A DNA stretch of 64,000 bases. Source: Asterias rubens. Taxonomy: Eukaryota. Positions 47,201 to 59,200 of this stretch are shown here, in pieces. Location of the stretch: contig NC_047072.1 in NCBI RefSeq assembly GCF_902459465.1, forward strand, positions 14,818,001 through 14,882,000, given 5' to 3'. A program made the translations under genes and the position numbers. The notes under the pieces are model-generated. The model was given only the letters and a program-made list of their open reading frames with translations. It was not told the DNA's origin and ran no database searches. The number at the start of each line of letters is the position of its first letter. Position 1 is the stretch's first letter.

Positions 47201-50200
47201 TCCCACATCTAAAAACTTATAATTTCTTCTTGTTGCCTATTCATCCTGTTTTTTGGGCTAATTGTGCTGTTAAAAGTGTAACAAAATATAGTGGAAGAAA
47301 ACGAAATGCTTTTGTATGTAGCATAGCTGACTTGAAATGCACATTTTGGTGAGATTTTCTTCTACAAGTACTAAAGGGAAACCTTTTTTAAAATTAAGAT
47401 GATGGAATTGCCTTCAACATTATTATTATTTTTACTTTTAGAATCTGAGGACACTATGAACCCAGGCGTTTTCAAGGTCACTGTAGGAGGGATGCAAACC
47501 ATTCATTGTCAGTTACACTTCCAACCTACTGAGGTAGCATCTTATGACTTCACTATGCCTGTCTCTATCAACCAAACTGATGCCCCTAGTCCGGAGTCTA
47601 CCCCATTCCCTCCTACTCCAGCTCCATCCACCAAGAGCATCAATCACATTATCACCCCTCGTCCGGTAATCGTCACCGTTGCCACACCACGCCGTCGTAT
47701 TGTTGCAACTGCTCTCCGTCAACCTCTCCAGTTATCACATTCCAATCTTGACTTCTCCCTACCATCTGGCTACTTGGATTTTGGCATTGTCGGCTCACCG
47801 TCTCAGACCCAGGGATCCTTGTTAGTGAATAACAGTGATAAATACCTTGGTTGGAGTTTGGACCTGAGTGCAAGTGGTAAAGCTATGGAGGAGGGTATCT
47901 TCCGGTTCTTGATGCCCAATGGGATGCCTTTCATGTCCTTCAAGGAGGGAGGAGCAGCTGTCAAAGATACCTTGGCTCCTGGGGAGACATACCCACTAGG
48001 AGTCATGTTCTGTCCTGGTGAGTAAAAGTTAATTTTATTATTTTATCTTAACAAAAAATACCCTACTTCCCTTATCTTGTCATGTTGAAGTTTCTTCAAT
48101 AAAGATATGCGAAAACGTCACAGAAGCAGAATGTTAAATTTATCCTAAAACAAGCTGTTGCATAATGAACAATGAACTCATTCTCATTTCTACAGAGGAG
48201 CCAGGAGAATTCCATGCTAAAGTTCCCATCATCCTGAATGATGACACATCAAGACCCTACCTTCATCTCCATCTCTTTGGTATCCTCAAGTCACCCCAGC
48301 TAACCTTTGACCCATTGGCTATTGTACTGACCCCTGTTCCCTTGGCAACCAAAGTGTCAGCAGACTTCACCATCCAGGCTGCCGGTTTCAGAAAGTAAGC
48401 TTTTTAAACACCTCTTTCTAGTAAGGCATTAGACTACTTTGCAATCACATCAATGTTAACCATCCAAACTCGTCATCTGAGGTTGTTTCATTTTGTTGGA
48501 CCTCATTGAGATGTTTACACTTGATACACTACAAGGGATGATATTCTTCCTACTTTACTCTGATTTCAATTTTTTTGCACTGAAATTTTAAATAAAAATC
48601 ATTAAGTTTTTCTATTACAGTCTGTACTATGTGTACTGCGTATTAAGTCAGCCCTTGTTCTCATACATAACATTCTCCTACTTTTTTTCTTAAGGCCAAA
48701 TATCAAGCCTACATTACATAAAAATGGTTTATTCTTAGTGATACACATTCAAACCATCAACAATGGTTTGCATTAGACATCTATAAAACTTACATTTATC
48801 AGAGTCAATGATTGGAGTTATACAAAGTTGTTTATTTGGAACTGTGGTTTTGACAATGGGGGGCTCAAAGTGATTTACCTCTTAAAGTTAGTGTTAATAA
48901 GCGTTTACCTATGGCTAACATTTTGTTTTTGTAGACATGGTTTTAAAATCTTTTTGTATTAATCATATTAGGGTGACATTGATTGATGTTGAACTACCAG
49001 ATGTTGAGCTTGATGACGGTAGTAAGATGTCTGTCCTTAGTGTAACATTCCCTGATGGGCAGAAGATCCAGCCATGTTGTGGAGATGAGGGGGATGAGGA
49101 ACCATTTATCCTCAAGTGTAAAGTCACTTTCTGCTCTCCAAGACCTGTGTCCTTCACTCAGCCAGTCAAGTTTGTAGACACCGAGGGAAACAGGTTAGCT
49201 ATGTCTTCATTTCCAACCAAAGTAATACTGATTTTTGTACAAAACCTTCAATCAATAAAGAAAAGAAGACCACACAAAATTTTGTCACATCGGTGTATCA
49301 ATGTTTATCGGTGCCATTCGAATATCAACCATAGGGTGCGTTTGTTTGGCTTCCATGGGTCAACCCCGGTCTTCCCCCGGTGCCTTCGAATAGCTTTGAC
49401 GTCATTCCAGGGGCTCACCCGGGTCAGCCTCCAGTGCCCTGCTTGAGGAGTGGGTCACTTGGGGGTGACCCGAGGTGCATGGCAGCACCACGAAAGGGCG
49501 AGTGTGATCGTTCGATTAGCTCTTGTCAGGGGCTCACCAGAGTGAGCACCGCGGGGTCGACACAGGGAAGCTAATTGAACGCACCCATAATATGATTTTT
49601 GTAAGCACTCTGTGATATGCATTAGTTTTCTTGTGCCATTTTGCGTAAAAGTTTGATCTGTTGGACGGTAAGATCATAACATAATGTGCTGTGAAACTTT
49701 ATGTTGTTTGGAAAATCCATAGAGGATGAATTTAGAAAAATTGTAAAAGGTAACTAAATTCCCCCAAATTTGTCTGTTTAGTTTCTCTATCCCAGTGACA
49801 GCCACAGCAGATAACTGTCTCCTCACTGCCTACCCCTTCGTTGCTCAACATCGTACTGACTTCCAGATTGTGACTGAGCAAGGCCAAACCCTCCGAGGTC
49901 GTAATTCATCAGTGACATCCAAAGATAGTAATGGGAACGTTGGAGAAGCAATTATGATTCCAGTGGAATCTCCAAGTAGACCGTCCACCCAGAGAAGTAC
50001 AAGTACAAGCTCACGTTTTGGAGCTACAACCTCAACATATGAGGAGTCGTCTGAGAGTATCACTGGTAAGTTCAACGTGAGACTCTGTGTATTGTTAAAG
50101 TGCTTTATACATGAGTACAATGAGTTTGAGTAAGATAACCTCACCCTCACACCCCAATATCTCATCGCATTACACTGAACTCCACAAAAGAGAAGCAATG

Positions 50201-53200
50201 TTGCTCATCATTAAATCGCTGTATCATCACTATCCACTAGCAACTTTTTGTTTATTTCGGCCATCAAGATTTAATTTCTGAGGCTTTTGACTTCTTTTAG
50301 GGTCATTGTTGACTTTGCATTACAATTAACAAACTATTCCAAATTAAAACAAGTTAAACTCATTATTTAAATGTTTTTTGTTTTTGTTTCACCTTGATAG
50401 AATCCACTTATCGAAGCACTCCCCGTGATGGAGCTGTCAACCATGCAATAGCTGACCGCTCTATTATTGATCCTGATAGTCGAATGGGTCTAGCCTCTCG
50501 CTCTCTGGGCTCAGCAGCCTTCCCCAATGAGGATACAGAAGAAGGGGTATTTCACCAAGAAGTCTTAATGGGGGTACAGAGATGGATCACACTGCATGGG
50601 TGGTCTGGTGGACCTTACCCTGTATCTGTGCCTGAAGGACTAAGAAGGTAAGACAACAAAGTATAAATATCTTGTCATGTGGTTAAAGATTAACAATGTT
50701 ATTGCAAAACAATTTATGTATGACTTTGCTGCTACAATTGCACATCACAAAAACATGTTGAAATTAATATTGGTGTATGCTATTAATTTCAGTGGAGTTG
50801 CCAAGAATTCTGCACCTGAGAAGGCTTCCCATGGGAGCCCATCCACCAATAACTCCAAGCGCACTCAAAGTAAAACTATTTATGATCTAATGGCACACAT
50901 GAGTGGACGTCTGGTACCTGGAATCCCCATCAATCAAGCTTTGCCAGCGGATCCTACAGAGAGAGTGCTTCAACTTCACTGGCAGCACTCTACACTGCTC
51001 ACATTTTTAAGGTATGAATGAAAGTATTTGTTTCTATTGAATTATAGTAAGGACTTGTTATCCTGAAACGATAATGACTGGCACGCCAAAACAAGGATAT
51101 TGACAAAATCTGAAGATCCAGTTGGTTTCCCTTGTGGTTTATTACTTGATTTTTTAAACATTGTGAGAAGCAAGAAATTTAAGAAATTAAAAAAATGCCA
51201 ATGTTCATTACGTTTCCTCCTGTTATCTTTGCAACATTTAATTGAGTTTGTCGAAAAACTTCAAGAAAAAATTGCTAATTTCTGCTAAACTTTTCTTTGT
51301 AGGAGCCAAGGTGCCTCTGTGGCCAACATCAAGCCAGAGTATCTGTTTGAACCTCAGGATTACCAGCGTTGGGTTAAACTGCAAGAGCAGATTCGTGAGA
51401 GAAAGAAAGCTCAGCAGCAGGGTAAGAGCATCGTAGCAATCCGCATCCAGGAGGCTCCTCTAGATGAAATCCTATTTGAGTCTGTTTCTAAGAGAGCTTG
51501 GACCGATCTACTGCTCCAGACGTTGAAGGTGAGCTCAAGAGGAGATTTTAAAGACTTATTTCTGTCATTGCACTTCTTGACTTTGTAACATGCATTTTAC
51601 TTTTAGTAAAGCTGAGATTTATGGGCTGTGTTTGTAGGATGAGTGTTGAGATGGATAAAGACAGAGTATGGGAGAAGTCTTTTAGCTGGATGAGTCTGTA
51701 GTAATATGGTAATAAGACTGTATACATATTTGTTGCAGGCATTGGTGTTGGCCCGCGTGACACCTCGTCAGTTCAAGACACTATCATCCTCTGGTAGTTC
51801 AACCAGCCTACCCAGCATCAATCCAGATCCTTTGTGTAGTAACATCTACAGTGTAGGGGAACGTATCCTGGTGGCTTGGCTTAACCATCACTATGAACAG
51901 CAAAGACATAAGATATGGAAGGACTGTGACAAAGGTATGTTTCTTACCCTCATATTTGTTTAATGTGCTTTTGTTTGTTGTGAAGTTAAGTCCAGTGTGT
52001 GTGTTCATTGTTGCTGTGTGAGTCTGCCCTATGACAAACTCCTTACTTTTTTACATTTTAGAACTTATATCTGTTAAGTTGTATTGACTGTAGAAGTAGA
52101 AATGGTTCAGTACCCGATGATTTATTTCATACTATAAAGGAATACCAAAACTTGCCAGCAAAAAGACTCAATGAAATTGTGATTTTGTTTGAGTTGCTTT
52201 TCTTTCAAACATCTTTGTTTGAAATGCGCACCTTTTTTTTTGGGGGGGGGGAACAGATGGTCATAGTCAGACATATTATTTACCCTAGAAGTATAGACAC
52301 TGAAGTTATAGACACTGCATTTTAATTTCTTAAAATGTAGAATACAATTTCCCTTTTTTGTCCCTTTGTTAACTTTCAGTTTTGTTTTATTCTTTTCAAC
52401 TGTACTGTTCTCATTTCAAATTGGTTTTTCTTCTCATTAACTTTTGTCTTTGACAGAATCCTCATTTTATTTTGAAGCTCCAAGAGGTAACTTGCCATTT
52501 TCTCTTAGCAGAAACTGCTTGCACACAATGCTTTTAGCTGCTTCAAATCCTTGTATATTGCATAGAAATATTATCACACAAAATATTATGTAGGACTTTC
52601 CTAAAATATCTAAAGTTGTTAAGGAGCACCCATGGCTTACTCCAATTAGGAAAGTAGTGTTGTTTTGTACATGTCGTGACATGAAGTTCTGGATTGATGC
52701 TTTACTATGTACTGCTGCAGAGATGAACACATTTTAGGATTAAGATGCATAATATAAACCACTGCCTTAATGTTCATTTAATGCTGAGCAAGAGACAGTA
52801 CATTTTTTAGTCAACAGTTGATTGTACTACACTTCTTCACTTCAATCAACTTCCCTTCATTTTTTACAATGTAGTATTCAGATTACACAGTTCTTGTGTT
52901 GGTATTTATGGGGCACCGGGGTTTCTTTTAAGAAAATTCTTACTTGTCTGTGATAATATTTCAAAATTGCACTATCTGTATTGCAACATATTTACAGTAA
53001 CATCTAAACAGTAACATCTGAATATGCCTTCATTGTTTATTGGGATTATAAAGTGGAGCCATTGCAGTTGACATATTGTTTGAAGAGTACATACCAAAGG
53101 TGAAGGGTGGTTGGAAATATCTTCCTGTGTAAAAAGACACAAATTTATCGTCCATAAAATGTCCTTTCCAAACTGCAGTTGATTTGTAAAGGTTAAACAT

Positions 53201-56200
53201 TCAGAAAATGTATCAATGCTGGCTGGCATTAGCATGCACACAATGTCCACTCGTCTGAAGTAATAGATTTTTATTACTATTGATACCTCACCTTGCAATG
53301 CCTCAAATCCCATATTACCTTACCTGATTATAAATCCTGCTTTAACATTGATCATTCCTTCAATGTTTCCATCATGCATTCATTTAATTGTCAAATCAAA
53401 TGCTCATAAAATACATCTGCATAATGCTAACACTCTCTGCAAAAGTGTATAGGATCAAAGAATGATATACAGATTGCTATAAATGTGCTGTTTAATGTGT
53501 GCATTTATTTTAATGCTGGGTCAAAAGAGTAAGTATGGAACCACACTTAGAGGAATATCAGATGAAAAAGAAAATGTTCTGTGTTTTGGTATTTATTTTG
53601 GTATTTTGGGAGTCGGATTTCTGTCAGAGTCCAAGGGGAACATTTGAAAAGACTTTTTGTTTCATGTGTGAGATTGCTTGTCATAAAGTTAGTTCAATGG
53701 TAGACTTTGAGACTATAACTGGCATCCCACTCACAAGCCCTTTTCTATTGTTCTTGTCGCTGATAATTTGGGGACTGGTGTGTTGGACACCCGCTACTGA
53801 AAAAAGACAGTTTTTAACTTAATAAAGTGTCTGTTTGATAAAGGTTTCCTTTATCTAAATTTCATTTTTGTTTAAGCTACTTAACTTTGCTTCTTCTACT
53901 TGTGGGAAAGAAGTTAAGTTTTTAGAACGTTCATGTTTTTGAAATGATTTAATTTGTGGTTGTATCATTTACTATCAGGTGGTATTCCTCCATCTCGATG
54001 GGTGGTCAATTTTGACTATGATCTCTTGGATGGGTTGGTGCTGGCAGCTGTCTTGGCTGCGCACGTGCCTTTTCTGGTAAGTGGAAGAAGTAGTGAGTGA
54101 AAAGATGTGGAAAAGCTTTTCAATAAGATGTCAAAGTTGAATTATACAAATCTCTGCTTTGTTAACTGTTGCCCATCTATTGTCGTAGTTTATAGCTCAT
54201 AATCTAACTCAGATTTTGTTCGATTTTTGAAATACACATTATTCATTTGATGAACTTGTAGTTATTTTTCTTTTTATTTAATTTTTACACTGGTAATAAT
54301 CACATGGAAAAAATGATGGTTCTGAAAAAAAACGTATTGCTTTTTTCTGAATGTTGTGACAAATGTTATGTGAGGCAAAAGTATTAATCAATGGAGTGCA
54401 ACAAGAATTCACTGAATATTGATCCCAACAGTGTAAACCCTAAAACTGTACACGATTTGATCTACTTGTAGATTAAGACCCATTCACTGAATATTGATCC
54501 CAGCAGTGTAAACCCTAAAACTGTACATGATTTGATCTACTTGTAGATTAAGACCAATTCACTGAATATTGATGCCAACAGTGCAAACCCTAAAACTGTA
54601 CATGATTTGATCTACTTGTAGATTAAGACCCATTCACTGAATATTGATCCCAACAGTGTAAACCCTAAAACTGTACATGATTTGATGTACTTGTAGATTA
54701 AGACCCATTCACTGAATATTGATGCCAACAGTGTAAACCCTAAAACTGTACATCATTTGATCTACTTGTAGATTAAGACCCATTCACTGAATATTGATCC
54801 CAACAGTGTAAACCCTAAAACTGTACATGATTTGATCTACTTGTAGATTAAGACCCATTCACTGAATATTGATGCCAACAGTGCAAACCCTAAAACTGTA
54901 CATGATTTGATCTACTTGTAGATTAAGACCCATTCACTGAATATTGATCCCAACAGTGTAAACCCTAAAACTGTACATGATTTGATCTACTTGTAGATTA
55001 AGACCCATTCACTGAATATTGATGCCAACAGTGTAAACCCTAAAACTGTACATGATTTGATCTACTTGTAGATTAAGACCCATTCACTGAATATTGATGC
55101 CAACAGTGCAAACCCTAAAACTGTACATGATTTGATCTACTTGTAGATTAAGACCCATTCACTGAATATTGATGCCAACAGTGTAAACCCTAAAACTGTA
55201 CATCATTTGATCTACTTGTAGATTAAGACCCATTCACTAAATATTGATCCCAACAGTGTAAACCCTAAAACTCTACATCATTTGATCTACTTGTAGATTA
55301 AGACCCATTCACTAAATATTGATGCCAACAGTGTAAACCCTAAAACTGTACATCATTTGATCTACTTGTAGATTAAGACCCATTCACTAAATATTGATGC
55401 CAACAGTGTAAACCCTAAAACTGTACATCATTTGATCTACTTGTAGATTAAGACCCATTCACTGAATATTGATCCCAACAGTGTAAACCCTAAAACTGTA
55501 CATCATTTGATCTACTTGTAGATTAAGACCCATTCACTGAATATTGATCCCAACAGTGTAAACCCTAAAACTGTACATCATTTGATCTACTCTACTTGTA
55601 GATTAAGACCCATTCATTGAATATTGATCCCAACAGTGTAAACCCTAAAACTGTACATCATTTGATCTACTTGTAGATTAAGACCCATTCACTGAATATT
55701 GATGCCAACAGTGTAAACCCTAAAACTGTACATCATTTGATCTACTTGTAGATTAAGACCCATCTACAGAGTATGTACACCCAGCCAGCTACAGCTGAAC
55801 AGTGTCTTCATAATGCTCTCAAGGTGGTGAATGCATTTAGATACATCGGACTAGACTATGATATCCAGGCTATAGACATCACTGATCCTAATCCTATCTC
55901 TCTACTGCTACTATGCGTTCATCTGTACCAGCGATTGCCTCAGTATACACCAAGAACAACTGTGGAGTTTATTGGATCCTTGCATGCATGTGTTGCACGA
56001 CAGGTGAGTCTAATGCTTTGAAGTACTTGTTCTACTCACTGTACACCAAATTAATTGAAATCTCACTAATAAATGCATGCATGAGTTTTTCTTTTTTGCT
56101 GTGAACAAAAATTACAATGTTTCTTGTATTTTTTGTTCTTTGATAAAGGTTCGTCTGACCAATCCGAGTAGCAAGCCCCTGACATATCATGCAATGATCG

Positions 56201-59200
56201 CTGGCCGAGACGCTCGTGACTTCACTCTCCCTAGAGGCAACACTGTCGCCATTGCACCAAAAGGCAAGCATGATCTGGCTGTAGAGTTCACTAGTAGGTT
56301 CCTACGTCCTGCAGAGGGAGTGCTGGTACTTGTTGGAAGGAGGGCTGGTTCTGCTTGTGGAACTACCTTGGTATTCAATCTGAGGACTTCAATTGATAAT
56401 ATCACACCATCTGTAAGTCAGATTACTGTTAGAAATTTCTTTACATCAGCATGTCCAAACTTTTCTTTAATCTGCTTAAATTCTGTATACATTTTAAAAT
56501 GTTTTTGTATGGTTTATGTGGGTACTTATGAATAGGAGTAAAAGAGAGGTGACTCAGTCTTAAACGGCTGTTTAAAACCTTGCAGGGCCTTGGCTGTGCA
56601 ATACAGGTCCTTGTTTTCGGCTCGGCCCTGTAATGCGCGGCCACGAACCTGTCCATTTTAAACCATTGCCTACTTTTTTATTCCCTAGTCAATATTATTA
56701 TGTTGCAAAAGACCTTTGATATTGAAATATTCTTAATAGCAAAACTGTTTTTTAATTCTTGATTACAGACAACAGTCAAGTGTGAATCACCTTGTTATGA
56801 ACTGCACAAGGTGGAACTGGACGTTACTAATCCATTTGATGAAGGAGGGGAGTTCCGTATCGTCTTGGTTGAACCCAAGACATCCTTCCCTGGCACTGAT
56901 GCTAAAACCCAGAAGACTGGATTGTTGAACTCTAAACAAGGAGCTCCTAAGAAAGTACGATCCAAGACGGATCATGGTCAGAAGAAGGAGAGGACCCCTA
57001 CACCACCAAAGCAGGATGACATGAGCCCACGGACAGAAATGTTGGAACGTGAGTTAATACTAATGATTTTGTAGTATTCAATTCAAAATCACATCCACAT
57101 TAATGCATATATGGCTCACCATTAGATTTCATGCAATTATACATTAATCATTCTTAAAATGGAAGAGGGAGCTGAGGATTCACAAAACTTGTTTTCTTAG
57201 TTGTATCTACAGTGGTTTCCACACCAATTTGAAATAGATAACTGGTGATTGATTTATATAAGTTACATGGTCAATATTTAAGCAGATCAATATGATTGCA
57301 TCCTAGGCTGCAATTTGCAATTGGCTGTAATTTTTTGTTGTCAGTTCTACATTTTATTTTCCTGTAATTTGCGCAATGCACCTTGCCTATCATTGCCCCC
57401 ATTTTGTGAGTCACATACAAAGAAATTGGTTGAAATTGGTAGATGTGCATTATTCCAAGTTGCATTCTTTCTTTGCAAAACCAAAGCACTGTTTGTGTTA
57501 CCACATGAACAACAATGAATACTTAATGTTTGTTCATATAAAAAACAGGCTGTCTACTACCCTCTTATTATCAGTAACTTGATTGGAAATATGTTATTTT
57601 ATCATAGAAAGGGTTTATTACTTAGTGCAATGTTATCTAGAATCTTATTAATGAAGAGCTTTGTGTTTTTTATTGAATCCACCCAGAGGACAACGGTAAT
57701 CAGTTGAGTGCTTTCTACTGTGCCCGTCAATCCCTCCAGTTAGACAGTCACAGCTCAGCAGTCATTGCTATTGACTTCCTTCCCTTCCATACTGGCAAGA
57801 GACAATGCTCTATCCTGTTTGTCAGTGAGTCTATTGGAGAGTTTTTGTATTCCATTGAGGCTGTAGCTGGACTACCAATGCCATCTCCATTACCTTACAT
57901 GCCTTCTAAACACAGCGTCAGAATCAGTAGTGCTGCAGCTGCAGGTAATTATCAACCAATGTTTGTATTTGATTTTTGTATTGCTTTTGCCTAAGTTGTT
58001 GTCAACTTACTGTTGCTTAATGTGTTTCCGATGAGCTATTCTTGTGAATTAAATGACAGTGTAGTATCTAAAGTGCTGCTTTCTATATTCTTCAATTGCC
58101 ATTTCATTGGTTTATCACTCACAGCTTGGAATGCCATCTGCATAACAAGTTTAGATTTGTAAAAATAAAAAATCATTTAACAGGTTGTGAGACTAAAACA
58201 AAATGTTGTTTATTGTATCCTATGATTGGCATGTACAAGTTCTTCTACAGCTAGACTAGCCATCTGATTATTTTTGTTTTTAAATATCAAATATTATAAA
58301 CCATAAGGGAAACTGACTGGGTAAGTTTTTAATGATCTGGGATCGAACAAAGAAAATTGACTGGAGTGGGACTCCAACCATTGACCTCCGGACTAACGTG
58401 CCGGCTTGCTACCACAAGAGCTATCTAGCCCTATGTTGGCAGTCTCCCTATTTTGTCAATATCTTTGTTCGGGGGTGCCAGTCAGAAGCCATACAACCTT
58501 CAAATTTTGTTTAACAATAATTGTTGTCTTTCTCCAAGGCAATGGTCGTGGTGTGTATGGGGGTGATGACCGCATCATCTACTGGCGTTGTGACAGTAAC
58601 TCTGTTCTTCATGAAGAGCTTGTTATACCTATCACTAATGCTGCTAGGGAGAAGGCTTTGGTCATCGCTGCTCAGCAGAGGATGTCACAAACAGAGATAA
58701 GACGTAGACATGTGACAGGGACACTTGCTAGTGGCTCAGTCACAGCAGCCATTGCTGCTTTAGGATTGACCGATGAGTCGGTTCTTTCAGGTATGGTAAT
58801 CTCATTATCAACATTAATGTTTTGCTGACTGACTAAAAATACCAATATTTAAATATGTGTTCATAAATTAAACAAAAAGGATTGACTTTTGAAAAAGTTT
58901 CCTGTTCTCATTCTTCAATTTGAAGATAAAGTTGTATTATTGCTTTTATGACTTTGATTTGATTAAACATCATGAGAGATAACTCTGGTGTAAACAAAAA
59001 ACATTTATTTTAATGAATTTGGATTTACTAGGCACATAAGAAGAAATATGGCTTTTGTATGGACTATTGGTAGATTTGCTAAATAATCAAATCCTTACAT
59101 TGAGCCTAGGAAAATTGTTGTATTGAGTATTTTGTTTAAGCACAAAGTTAATATAATTTCAACCTTACACACTTCACTTATCTAACAGGTAAAACAAGTG

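Noticed and set aside
48935-48971. Alternative upstream acceptor at 48934 and the ORF-track start MVLKSF
   Set aside because: Out of phase with exon 20 and hits TAA. The acceptor at 48971 keeps the frame (FRK-VTLIDVE).
52467-53420. Possible nested antisense gene in CFAP47 intron 26 (87- and 113-aa ORFs with nearby splice-like sites)
   Set aside because: No recognisable domain, atypical composition, and no complete gene model could be built.
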